A program made the position numbers and the translations under genes. The notes below the pieces were generated by a model. It made no database searches. It was not told the DNA's origin and worked only from the letters and a program-made list of their open reading frames with translations. A stretch of 64,000 bases of DNA, taken from the sequence record NC_047838.1; one strand, 5' to 3'. Below, piece after piece: positions 46,083 to 54,882 of the stretch (the first letter of the stretch is position 1; every line of letters starts with the position of its first letter).

Positions 46083-46538
46083 ATGCCCGAAGAAGTAAAG
46101 AAGGAAGAACCTAAAAAGAAAGGTCCTTTTGGCAGACTGAAAGATAAAGTTGAGGATGCTGATGAACAGATGGCAGTCATCAGCACCTTAGTAAGACTAG
46201 GTATTCTAGTTTGGTCTGGTGGTATTCTTACTCTTAACTATGTGACCATTCCTGGTTTGCCGCAGCAGAAGATCGATCCGACCTTCATAGCCAGCGTGTT
46301 CACTGGGGTTTTAGCTACGTTCGGGGTTCAGACGGCGAAGAAGTCTGGTGATGGCACGATGAAGATGAATGGTGCTAATGGTGTCGCTGCTGCTGGTGGA
46401 CCTGGTGCGATCACCAAGGCAGACCTTGAAAGACTGATCGCTGCTGCTAAGGAAACTGCACCTGCACAGACCATCAGAGTCGAGCAAGGACCAATCAAAA
46501 TCGTAACCGATTCAGAACAACCTCCATACAAAATGTGA
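46083..46538 (+). CDS. two-TM membrane protein
   Basis: LGILVWSGGILTL and FIASVFTGVLATFGV segments. Confidence 0.65.
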   Translation: MPEEVKKEEPKKKGPFGRLKDKVEDADEQMAVISTLVRLGILVWSGGILTLNYVTIPGLPQQKIDPTFIASVFTGVLATFGVQTAKKSGDGTMKMNGANGVAAAGGPGAITKADLERLIAAAKETAPAQTIRVEQGPIKIVTDSEQPPYKM

Positions 46539-46539
46539 T

Positions 46540-47118
46540 ATGAAACCTTACCTCAAGTGGACTGCCATTAGTCTTGGCAGCGTAGTAGCGATTGCACACA
46601 TCGGTGTGCTGGGACATTTGGTTAGGAGAGAACCTGATAGGATTCAGGTCCCGACCATCAACATCCCACGCGGTACTCCATATTCCTCTTACAAAATAGA
46701 GGCGGGTAAGGACGGATATACAATTGAATACAAAGCAAACGATCCTGCTATTCTCGAATCCCAGAGATCATTACATCTTGATCAAGATAAGAAAGGACTC
46801 TTTGGCGGAAAAACTGAGCAGAGAAGAGAGTGGAGACGTGATCAATATACTGCCGAAGGTGTGAGGAACATAGGAGGTGCCGGAACGCTGGCAAGCGAGG
46901 GAAAGTCTGCGAAAGACGTAGAGTGCATCGTGGCGGACGCTGGAGCACGGTCACAAGGTGCGATGGCGGGTAGTGCTGTTGCTACGGGTGTTCTTGTCCC
47001 TGCAGTTGTAAACGTCCCATACATCGGATGGTTGGCAGCAGGTTGGGCAGCATTACTTGGTCAGAATATTGGATCTGCAGCAGGATCTCAGGTCAATTCT
47101 ATGATTAGTGATTGCTGA
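46540..47118 (+). CDS. signal-anchored protein with glycine-zipper-like C-terminus
   Basis: GAMAGSAVATG...GWLAAGWAALLGQNIGSAAG. Confidence 0.6.
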   Translation: MKPYLKWTAISLGSVVAIAHIGVLGHLVRREPDRIQVPTINIPRGTPYSSYKIEAGKDGYTIEYKANDPAILESQRSLHLDQDKKGLFGGKTEQRREWRRDQYTAEGVRNIGGAGTLASEGKSAKDVECIVADAGARSQGAMAGSAVATGVLVPAVVNVPYIGWLAAGWAALLGQNIGSAAGSQVNSMISDC

Positions 47119-47175
47119 CATTTCGGTTTATACACTAAGCAATATTAACTAGATAGTGTAGTTGCACGAACACGT

Positions 47176-47499
47176 ATGAAGTTCTTTTTTGCGCTTCTCG
47201 CTACATTATTTCTTGCTGCTCCAGCATGGGCAGTAGACGTACAAATGGGATCAAATGGTAATCTAGTTTTTGACCCAGAAGAAGTAACTATATCCGCAGG
47301 TGAATCTGTTCACTTTGTTAACAACATGCTTCCACCACATAATGTAATCGTGGAAGATCGTCCAGACTTAGGTCATGAAGCCCTGGCAATGTTACCAGGT
47401 GAAGAGTTTGATGTTGCATTCCCTGAAGCAGGTGACTACACTTATTGGTGTGGTCCTCATAAAGGAGCAGGCATGATTGGAACAGTACATGTAGAATGA
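47176..47499 (+). CDS. petE: plastocyanin
   Basis: PPHNV and YWCGPHKGAGM copper ligands; signal peptide. Confidence 0.96.
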   Translation: MKFFFALLATLFLAAPAWAVDVQMGSNGNLVFDPEEVTISAGESVHFVNNMLPPHNVIVEDRPDLGHEALAMLPGEEFDVAFPEAGDYTYWCGPHKGAGMIGTVHVE

Positions 47500-48002
47500 T
47501 GAAAAAATTCAATGAGGTTACACTAAACATTACTGTAGCGATCATTGGTTTCTTATATCAAGGCAGAGACTATCAACGTTTTTGGGTGCTTGAAGAAATT
47601 GCTAGGGCACCCTACTTTGCTTTTCTCAGCGTGTTGCATTTAAGAGAATCCATGGGGCTACGTGGTCCAGAACACATTTATCTGATGGAGGAACATTTTG
47701 CTCAAACTCTTAACGAGACAGAACATCTGGAATACATGGAAAGTAGGGGTGGCAATTCTTATTGGGTGGATCGCTTTTTCGCCCGACACCTTGTACTTAT
47801 CTACTATTGGGTCAACGTGGTTTATTATTGGGTGGCTCCTCGCGCTGCTTACCATCTCTCCTACGAAGTAGAGATTCATGCAGCAGAGACATATGCCAAG
47901 TATCTTGCTTTGAATGGTCCTGATGATAAGATCCTTGAGATCTTGAACGATGAACTAGAGCATTCAAGAGAACTACATAAAGCAATTGAGATTATCAAAT
48001 GA
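47496..48002 (+). CDS. ptox: plastoquinol terminal oxidase
   Basis: LEEIARAPY, NETEHL, EIHAAETY, DELEH di-iron motifs. Confidence 0.93.
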   Translation: MMKKFNEVTLNITVAIIGFLYQGRDYQRFWVLEEIARAPYFAFLSVLHLRESMGLRGPEHIYLMEEHFAQTLNETEHLEYMESRGGNSYWVDRFFARHLVLIYYWVNVVYYWVAPRAAYHLSYEVEIHAAETYAKYLALNGPDDKILEILNDELEHSRELHKAIEIIK

Positions 48003-48082
48003 GCACTTTGTTTGCATTTGCATTTATTTTGTTGCTAGTTTCTGGGATGCACCTATCATGGCCAGGTAGATACCGAGGTTAA
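47999..48082 (+). CDS. 27-aa hydrophobic peptide (not in ORF track)
   Basis: ATGA overlap with the PTOX stop; MSTLFAFAFILLLVSGMHLSWPGRYRG. Confidence 0.4.
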   Translation: MSTLFAFAFILLLVSGMHLSWPGRYRG

Positions 48083-48083
48083 C

Positions 48084-48317
48084 ATGGATGACAAAGAAAA
48101 GGAGAAACAAAAAAGAATAAAAGAGGTAGCAAGGCATCTTCATCCCCATGATGATGAACCTGATCCTACTGCTTACATGGGGAACTACAATTTTCCTCAA
48201 ATGCTTTTTGCTTTCTGCCTTGGTTTTGTCACCATGTTTGTATTATCAGTAAATGAAATCAACAACTTTAAGGGATGTCCACTCCCAGAATATTTTCAAA
48301 AAGAGGTAAAAGGATGA
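48084..48317 (+). CDS. small membrane protein
   Basis: HPHDDEPDP...PQMLFAFCLG. Confidence 0.65.
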   Translation: MDDKEKEKQKRIKEVARHLHPHDDEPDPTAYMGNYNFPQMLFAFCLGFVTMFVLSVNEINNFKGCPLPEYFQKEVKG

Positions 48318-49351
48318 AGGTAGGAATAATTGGTCTTGGTCGCATGGGGGAGGGTATGTCCCGCCGCATGATGAAAGAAGGTATCGAAGTCTGGGGTTAC
48401 AGGAGGAACTATGAAAAAGCTCAAGAAGCGTATGAAGCAGGTTATGTTAGTGGAGTTGCCGCTTCTCTGGAAAGCCTTGTTCAAGTAGTACATAATCAGG
48501 AAGGTATGGTTGGTAAAGCACCAGGCATCTTTCAACTTGTCATCCCCGCAGAATTAGTAGAGGACACCCTTAATGAGTTACTACCATTACTTGGCGACGG
48601 GGACATTATTATTGACCATGGCAATAGCAACTTTAAGGATTCTCGCAGGAGAGCAGAAAGGTTGGTTAAGTTGGGCATCCAATATATTGACTGCGGTACT
48701 AGTGGTGGAGTTTACGGTCTGGAGCGTGGATACTGTCTTATGGTTGGTGGTGCAGATAGCGCAGTATCTGTCTGTGCCCCCATTTTCCGCGCACTCGCAC
48801 CTGGCATTACCGCTGCAACCCGCACAGATCCATTCACTCGCGCAACTAGTGCCGAGTATGGGTGGTTACACTGTGGAGGACCTGGTGCAGGTCATTTTGT
48901 AAAGATGGTCCATAACGGAGTTGAGTATGGCATCATGCAAGCGTATGCCGAAGGGTTTAATATTCTCCATCATGGTAATCTTGGTTCCCAATATGTTAAG
49001 GAAGGGGATGCTGAGGTTGCTCCGATGGAGAATCCAGAAGATTATCAATATGATATTGACTGTGCTGAAGTGGCTGAGCTTTGGCGTCGTGGTTCTGTTG
49101 TTGGTAGCTGGTTACTTGACCTTACCGCTGATGTATTCCGCAGTGATCATGAACTTAGCAAATTCGATGGAGGAGTATCAGACTCTGGTGAAGGTCGTTG
49201 GACACTTCACGCTGCTGTGGATCTTGGTGTACCCACACCTGTTATATCTGCCGCACTATTTGAACGATTCAACTCAAGGAGATTAGGAGAATTCGGAAAC
49301 AAAATTCTAAACGGGATGAGGTACATGTTCGGAGGTCATCATGTTCGGTGA
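48314..49351 (+). CDS. gnd: 6-phosphogluconate dehydrogenase
   Basis: GLGRMG, DCGTSGG, HFVKMVHNGVEYG, DSGEGRW; start at 48314. Confidence 0.96.
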   Translation: MKVGIIGLGRMGEGMSRRMMKEGIEVWGYRRNYEKAQEAYEAGYVSGVAASLESLVQVVHNQEGMVGKAPGIFQLVIPAELVEDTLNELLPLLGDGDIIIDHGNSNFKDSRRRAERLVKLGIQYIDCGTSGGVYGLERGYCLMVGGADSAVSVCAPIFRALAPGITAATRTDPFTRATSAEYGWLHCGGPGAGHFVKMVHNGVEYGIMQAYAEGFNILHHGNLGSQYVKEGDAEVAPMENPEDYQYDIDCAEVAELWRRGSVVGSWLLDLTADVFRSDHELSKFDGGVSDSGEGRWTLHAAVDLGVPTPVISAALFERFNSRRLGEFGNKILNGMRYMFGGHHVR

Positions 49352-49469
49352 ATTCCTTTTATGGATCGCCCCGATCTTTGTATGTTCCACCATCGCATTT
49401 GGAAGATATAAAGGAGAAAATAATTATTACGAAACAGAGAATTATAAAGGAAATGGAACTGCCCACTAA
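49341..49469 (+). CDS. 42-aa TM peptide bridging gnd and zwf (not in ORF track)
   Basis: GGAGG RBS; MFGEFLLWIAPIFVC...YKGNGTAH. Confidence 0.55.
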   Translation: MFGEFLLWIAPIFVCSTIAFGRYKGENNYYETENYKGNGTAH

Positions 49470-50784
49470 AACGCTAGTCATTTTTGGTGCTACAGGTGAT
49501 CTGTGTCGCAGAAAGTTAATTCCTGCACTAGAAACTCTTCATAAAAAAGGATTACTTCCTGATAACTTTAAAATTATCGGAGCAGCACGTAGGGAAAACA
49601 CACGTCAGAGTTGGTTAGATAGTCTTGGAAAATATTATGAAGCAGACTTTTCTCTAAAACTTGACTATCATAGATGTGATTTGAGTGATGTGGATTCGCT
49701 GCGTTCGATTCCAGTCTCAGATGACATGACATTCTTTTTATCTGTCCCACCAGACAGATATAGTGACGCAATACAAAATCTCAAATCTGCAGGATTAGTA
49801 GATGACCCAGAAAAGAGTAGAGTTATTATTGAGAAACCTTTTGGGACCGATCTTGAATCTGCTAATCATCTACAATCTGTGGTTGCTGGATGTTTACGCG
49901 AGAAACAAGTATATCGCATTGACCATTATCTCGGTAAAGATACTGTTAATAATATCCTTGCCACCCGTTTTAGCAATACTTTATTGGAACCACTTTGGAA
50001 CAGGAATTACATAGAAGAGGTTCAGATCTTTGCTACTGAAACCATAGGGTGTGAGGGTCGGTCACAGTATTACGATGGCGCAGGTGTCGTCCGTGACATG
50101 TTGCAGAATCACATGCTGCAAATCCTGTCACTTATTGCCATGGATGCACCATGTAGGAATGATGCGAAAGAGATTAGACGTGAGAAGGTGAAGGTTCTGG
50201 CTGCCACCCGGTTAGGTCATAAAGTTGTCTTTGGTCAGTATGAATCATATAAGAGTGAGGAGGGTGTAGATACATTCTCAGAAACTCCAACTTATGTTGC
50301 TGGTGACATCTACATCGATAACTGGAGATGGAAAGGAGTGCCATTCCATTTCATGTCAGGTAAAAAGATGCCTTACACCTGCACAGAAGTTGTTATAAAG
50401 TTGAAGGCACCACCTATTGGATTGTTTGATGGTCATGAATTTAATGACCGTATCGTCATGAGATTTCAACCTAATCCTCACCTTGATATTCGTATTGATA
50501 TGAAGTCTCCTGGGTTGGATGATAAGGTGCAAACTGCAACTCTTACGCATCCATATCCTGAGGGAGCAATTGATGGTTATGTAAAACTATTTTATGATTC
50601 TCTGAATGGTGATCAGTCTCACTTCGTTCATGCAGAGGAGGTTCTTGAGTCTTGGAGGATTGTTGATGACTTGCTATGTGTTGGTGATAAATGTCCTATC
50701 AGAACAGCACCATTTATCTACACAGGAGGTTGGGGTCCAACACACAAAACTCAGTTCATAACCAAATGGGATTATCCAGCATAG
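49453..50784 (+). CDS. zwf: glucose-6-phosphate 1-dehydrogenase
   Basis: GATGDL, EKPFG, RIDHYLGK, DMLQNH; start at 49453. Confidence 0.96.
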   Translation: MELPTKTLVIFGATGDLCRRKLIPALETLHKKGLLPDNFKIIGAARRENTRQSWLDSLGKYYEADFSLKLDYHRCDLSDVDSLRSIPVSDDMTFFLSVPPDRYSDAIQNLKSAGLVDDPEKSRVIIEKPFGTDLESANHLQSVVAGCLREKQVYRIDHYLGKDTVNNILATRFSNTLLEPLWNRNYIEEVQIFATETIGCEGRSQYYDGAGVVRDMLQNHMLQILSLIAMDAPCRNDAKEIRREKVKVLAATRLGHKVVFGQYESYKSEEGVDTFSETPTYVAGDIYIDNWRWKGVPFHFMSGKKMPYTCTEVVIKLKAPPIGLFDGHEFNDRIVMRFQPNPHLDIRIDMKSPGLDDKVQTATLTHPYPEGAIDGYVKLFYDSLNGDQSHFVHAEEVLESWRIVDDLLCVGDKCPIRTAPFIYTGGWGPTHKTQFITKWDYPA

Positions 50785-50787
50785 CCT

Positions 50788-50907
50788 ATGGACAAAGACG
50801 AAAAGCGGGAGTTCTACAAGGGACTCAGAGAAAGGATCAAACAACTTAGAATGGAACACCTTTTTGAAGAACCTTGCCCACTTTACGAGGAAGAAGATGA
50901 TTCATAA
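50788..50907 (+). CDS. 39-aa hypothetical peptide (not in ORF track)
   Basis: MDKDEKREFYKGLRERIKQLRMEHLFEEPCPLYE. Confidence 0.5.
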   Translation: MDKDEKREFYKGLRERIKQLRMEHLFEEPCPLYEEEDDS

Positions 50908-51061
50908 AATAGCACACTTTGCTGCATGGACTTTAAATAATCCATATACACTAGCACCCATGTGCATGGCACTAGTGGTTGTTCCTATTATTGGTATGCA
51001 TTTGGTGCATAAGTATGGATGGGAACACTGGGAACCATTTAATCATGAACCTCATTCTTAG
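50897..51061 (+). CDS. small membrane protein
   Basis: PIIGMHLVHKYGWEHWEPF. Confidence 0.6.
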   Translation: MIHKIAHFAAWTLNNPYTLAPMCMALVVVPIIGMHLVHKYGWEHWEPFNHEPHS

Positions 51062-51242
51062 ACCACTTGCAGATGTAAATGATGTAACTTGGAGTATTAT
51101 CTGGATGTTGGTAATACTCCTTGGTGGAGTTTTATACGTTGTTGTCTATATACTAGGAATTGATGAGCGAGAGTCCCATGGGAGCGATGACACCCCCAAG
51201 TCGGAAGAGTTGTTACAATTTCCGAGTGACGAGCATAGATAG
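51045..51242 (+). CDS. small membrane protein
   Basis: DVTWSIIWMLVILLGGV. Confidence 0.55.
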   Translation: MNLILRPLADVNDVTWSIIWMLVILLGGVLYVVVYILGIDERESHGSDDTPKSEELLQFPSDEHR

Positions 51243-51639
51243 AGTGTTGGACGGGGACACTATCGATGTTACAATCGATCTCGGTTTTGACCTTTATAAA
51301 AAAGAGAGAGTTAGAGTTGCTGGGGTTGATACCCCAGAGAAAAGAACCAGAGACCTTGAAGAGAAGGCACTCGGAATCGACGCGACAAACTGGCTCAAGG
51401 AGAAGTTAGAAGGTGCTATATCTGGCGACGACGAGCTCGCTGTTAGAACTGAGTTGGTTGGTGGCATGGGTAAGTACGGTCGCCTTCTTGGTTGGTTATA
51501 TATCGGAGACGCAGAACTATCTTTGAATGAGCAGATGATTGCTGAAGGATATGCCTGGGAATATGATGGTGGCACTAAGCAAAAGAATTTTGAAGAGTTG
51601 AGAGAGATACGTAGATCATTTGGTACGTTAAGTGAATGA
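51178..51639 (+). CDS. thermonuclease (SNase-like) endonuclease
   Basis: VLDGDTI, RVAGVDTPE, KYGRLLG. Confidence 0.88.
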   Translation: MGAMTPPSRKSCYNFRVTSIDRVLDGDTIDVTIDLGFDLYKKERVRVAGVDTPEKRTRDLEEKALGIDATNWLKEKLEGAISGDDELAVRTELVGGMGKYGRLLGWLYIGDAELSLNEQMIAEGYAWEYDGGTKQKNFEELREIRRSFGTLSE

Positions 51640-51833
51640 TGGACACCAAACATCAGGTCATAAATCTGATAAAGATCGTCATTCTATTTCAGTTAGGTAT
51701 AGTTGGTACAACCATAGTCGGATGCTTTCTTCCTATGGTCAATAAATGTGACTCTGATACTAAACAACATATTGCTAATATGATGACTGTTATAACTACT
51801 TCAACATTTGCATTATACGCTGCAGAGAAATGA
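51636..51833 (+). CDS. small two-TM hypothetical protein
   Basis: 65 aa ORF in an AT-rich stretch. Confidence 0.5.
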   Translation: MMDTKHQVINLIKIVILFQLGIVGTTIVGCFLPMVNKCDSDTKQHIANMMTVITTSTFALYAAEK

Positions 51834-52072
51834 AAGACCTTAAGATCCCATTTGCTATTGTATCTTTTTTACTTGTTCAGGGTGCTGGTGCCGTATGGTG
51901 GGCGTCTCAAGTAGATGGTAGAGTGAAAAACTTGGAGACTCAGAGTCTTAACATCGCAAAAGAAAATCGTAGATATATCAAAGAAGTTGTAATGCCATCC
52001 TATAATATTAGTGATGGGTGGAAAAATCCTTACTATGAAGATTGGTTGAAGTCTGGAGGTTGGAAAGACTAA
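51830..52072 (+). CDS. signal-anchored hypothetical protein
   Basis: N-terminal TM segment then short coiled coil. Confidence 0.55.
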   Translation: MKDLKIPFAIVSFLLVQGAGAVWWASQVDGRVKNLETQSLNIAKENRRYIKEVVMPSYNISDGWKNPYYEDWLKSGGWKD

Positions 52073-52867
52073 ATGCCAATTCCTGATATTCGACTTAATA
52101 ATATTAATATACGTGATGTTGTAATTCCTGATGTGCCAAAGTGGATGTCATCAGATCCACCAGTGGCACTTCCTGTTGTCCCTCCAATTACGATGGAGAT
52201 AGGGACTCCTATTGTTAATATTCCTGGGTGCGTTGAGGCACACAAAGACAATAAGGAAAATGTAAACTTAAAGAATGAAGATGATAAAGGTGTGATGACC
52301 TTGTGTGATGCAGGCACACCATATTACACTGCTCTTGATTATGATAGAAATAAAATAAAACTAGAACAAAAACCACCTGAACCACCTGCATACAAAGCAC
52401 CACCAGCACCAGAGGCACCAGAAACTAAAACACCAGCAGTTCCTAAGACAGAGGCACCCATGCCTGAGTGTCCTACCAGAGAACAGCAATTAAAAAACCC
52501 CATAGGAAAAATCCTAGAGGGTAATAAAAAGATTACTGGTTATGAAATGGTTGGAAAGGAATGTTTGATGGTCACGGAACAACTAAGTATTCCAGATCAG
52601 ATTATTGGAAACATTCCTAACGCTGGTGCCGTCACTACTACAGCATCTATCGCTGTTGTGGCAACGACCTCTGCACTGCTCGCAAAGCCTCTTGCTGATC
52701 TTTTGTTAAAGGTTGTGAAACCGACTGTGAAGAAGGTAATGAAGAAGGTTGCGACCTTACGGGGTAAGAAGATCCCGGTACAATCGAAAGGGGAGCGCCT
52801 AGCTGAGCAGCGTCAGAGGAATCAGGCTGTGAAGGCGTTGAGGTCGGTTCGACCGCTGAAGAAATAG
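52073..52867 (+). CDS. Pro-rich protein with Cys pairs and C-terminal TM/basic tail
   Basis: PGCVEAH, LCDAG, PPEPPAYKAPPAPE, ASIAVVATTSALL. Confidence 0.65.
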   Translation: MPIPDIRLNNINIRDVVIPDVPKWMSSDPPVALPVVPPITMEIGTPIVNIPGCVEAHKDNKENVNLKNEDDKGVMTLCDAGTPYYTALDYDRNKIKLEQKPPEPPAYKAPPAPEAPETKTPAVPKTEAPMPECPTREQQLKNPIGKILEGNKKITGYEMVGKECLMVTEQLSIPDQIIGNIPNAGAVTTTASIAVVATTSALLAKPLADLLLKVVKPTVKKVMKKVATLRGKKIPVQSKGERLAEQRQRNQAVKALRSVRPLKK

Positions 52868-53636
52868 GTGGAATCGTGTGGCGATGTTGTGCCACAGTAT
52901 TTACATTTTGAACCAACACATCAGCACATACTTTCGCATAAGGACTTCTGGGGTGGAAGCGAATTCCTTTTTGCAATAACTCTCCACAATTTTTTAGACG
53001 CGCCAACTCAAAATCCAATCTCTTGTTAGCAAGTAATTGACCCTGTAGTGCAATTTGTGTTTCTGCTGCTTGTTTACAACGCTCTTGCAATCCACCATCA
53101 AGTGGTAAAGATAGTGTTGCAGAGAGTCCAATACTAGTACTGTAGTTTCTTGTCATACCAGTTCTTACTGGTTTCTGCCAGAGTTGTGATCCTGGGTTAT
53201 CGGGAACACCATCTCCTTGCACTTCCATGACTGTGATAGTCATGTCTTGACCATCTTCATATGCTCTGACTACTTCACCATCAGAGTTTGTGTAAGTTCT
53301 ATCGTCATACCACTCTTCCCATGGCCAGTTCTTGACATTCTTGGTGACCTCTACTACACGACCCTCAAAGTCTCTGTTGTCATACTGAGGTTCCATGTAG
53401 AAAGTTTCAAAAGGATCCTTATCATTACGAGCATGTGTAATATATGGAGTGAAGTTAGCAGTTGGACCTTGACAACTGATACCACCACCATATGTGTTGG
53501 TAATATAAGGACCTTGTAAAACCTGAATTGCCTGGTTGGTCACCGAGCCTGAACTGTTTGCGATTGGATTAGCAGTCGCAGAAACACCTCCCACGTCAGC
53601 AGCGTTGACGGGAGATGCGATTAACAACCCGATTAT
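52647..53636 (-). CDS. secreted-type hypothetical protein (start uncertain)
   Basis: ASPVNA/ADVGG signal-like site, CQGP, CK..KNC..VC cysteines; no ATG near the apparent start. Confidence 0.65.
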   Translation of the reverse strand: MIGLLIASPVNAADVGGVSATANPIANSSGSVTNQAIQVLQGPYITNTYGGGISCQGPTANFTPYITHARNDKDPFETFYMEPQYDNRDFEGRVVEVTKNVKNWPWEEWYDDRTYTNSDGEVVRAYEDGQDMTITVMEVQGDGVPDNPGSQLWQKPVRTGMTRNYSTSIGLSATLSLPLDGGLQERCKQAAETQIALQGQLLANKRLDFELARLKNCGELLQKGIRFHPRSPYAKVCADVLVQNVNTVAQHRHTIPPISSAVEPTSTPSQPDSSDAAQLGAPLSIVPGSSYPVRSQPSSLPSSQSVSQPLTKDQQEALRAVQRSLPQQR

Positions 53637-54103
53637 TGGGTAAAGACACTTGTGGTATCTGTTACCGAAGTAACCTCTGTTGTTCTTTGAATCACGGTTT
53701 GGTTTGTCATTCCTGGACCTTGATAGGTCTGTGTAAACTGGAATGCTTCCCCTGGATTTGTTATGGTGAAGTTCGAGTTGGAGAAGTCTAGTCCAGTTGC
53801 TGAACTTGTTACTTGTCCTTCGATTCCTCCTAGAGGAGTCACATTCACGCTGTTCGTTACTGTTGGGGGAAGGAGTGACGCTCCGTTGTTGGACACGTTT
53901 GTCCCCGAAACTGAATATTGCCATCCTGTTGCATAGTCTATAGAGTTAATTGTCTCAGTTTGCTTAGAAGTCGTTTCAGTGTGGCTGGTCATCGAGCCCT
54001 GTGTGAAGTTCGGGACCACCGGGACTGCTCCAGCAGATTGGACCAGTCCGTGAATAACTCCAAGAATCAATCCGAGACCGATTGCTTCTTGTAGTCTAGT
54101 CAT
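53633..54103 (-). CDS. secreted T/S-rich beta protein (paralog of 54103..54597)
   Basis: Signal peptide AGA/VP; QYSVSGTNV, GEAFQFTQTY. Confidence 0.75.
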   Translation of the reverse strand: MTRLQEAIGLGLILGVIHGLVQSAGAVPVVPNFTQGSMTSHTETTSKQTETINSIDYATGWQYSVSGTNVSNNGASLLPPTVTNSVNVTPLGGIEGQVTSSATGLDFSNSNFTITNPGEAFQFTQTYQGPGMTNQTVIQRTTEVTSVTDTTSVFTQ

Positions 54104-54597
54104 CAGTCGATCACCGTGATTTCACTTACGAATTGGCCGACGGCAGTAGATCCAGCTCCACCTGCCGTGATGCTAATTCCACCGTCAGTAGCGATAGTAC
54201 CTGCCAGGTCACCAGCAGTTCCAGAGGCATAAGAAGTCTGACTGGAGAAGTTACCAACAGCACCTACGGAAGCAGCTGAACTTGGAACTGCATCACCTTG
54301 AATGTAAGATGCACTAAAGGAGAACGCTTCTCCGTCAGTTGCTTGTGTCACAGCGATGTTTCCAGGACCATAGATTCCACTAGTTAAAGTTCCGGTAGAA
54401 ATGGTTCCTGCTGTGGTTCCGTCAGTAGTATTTACATTCGATCCAGATACGCTGTATTGGGAACCCAAGCGAGTTGCGGTGGTTCTTGCACTATCTACAG
54501 TTAACTGGACACTAGAACTCATTTTATGAACCAGCCCTCCTGCATTTGCTGCAGGTGCTGCCATCAAAATCATGATTAATGGGAGGAGTCTTCTCAT
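54103..54597 (-). CDS. secreted T/S/G-rich beta protein
   Basis: Signal peptide ANA/GG; QYSVSGSNV, GEAFSFSASY. Confidence 0.75.
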   Translation of the reverse strand: MRRLLPLIMILMAAPAANAGGLVHKMSSSVQLTVDSARTTATRLGSQYSVSGSNVNTTDGTTAGTISTGTLTSGIYGPGNIAVTQATDGEAFSFSASYIQGDAVPSSAASVGAVGNFSSQTSYASGTAGDLAGTIATDGGISITAGGAGSTAVGQFVSEITVID

Positions 54598-54619
54598 TAC
54601 TAATCACTCTTTGGGTGTG

Positions 54620-54630
54620 TATTTATTTAG
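54620..54630 (-). promoter_or_regulatory. double late promoter CTAAATAAATA for the minus-strand operon
   Basis: Reverse complement gives overlapping CTAAATA and ATAAATA 22 nt upstream of the ATG at 54597. Confidence 0.65.
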
Positions 54631-54694
54631 AGGTAGATTTTTTTGAAATTGCAACTGAAATATGATCTGGTACAAGGTGATACCGTTTGAGGGG

Positions 54695-54728
54695 TTGACA
54701 GAATTGTGAAGATCGCTTAATATAAATA
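54695..54728 (+). promoter_or_regulatory. psbA overlapping early and late promoter
   Basis: TTGACA-17-TAATAT with TATAAATA at 54721-54728. Confidence 0.8.
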
Positions 54729-54760
54729 CATGGACGGGTGAGGTTTTCCTCACTATCCAA

Positions 54761-54804
54761 ACACGCCTGACCGAGACTAAACAGCGTGTCTAAAAAACAG
54801 TCTC
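54761..54804 (+). ncRNA. PhotoRC-II-class pseudoknot in the psbA leader
   Basis: ACACGC/GCGTGT crossing GAGACT/AGTCTC; known context upstream of cyanophage psbA. Confidence 0.7.
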
Positions 54805-54882
54805 TCATACCAACTCTGGAGGGTAGAGTTGGAATATTTTACTCAGTACTACCCCGTACTAATACATAACCCTTTTTCAAAA

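Noticed and set aside
47157-47172. TGTA-N8-AACA before petE
   Set aside because: Mismatched half-site only 3 nt from the ATG, with no sigma70 promoter in register
54701-54720. HLR1-like site in the psbA promoter spacer
   Set aside because: One half-site is too degenerate (TTAAGCGA on the reverse strand)
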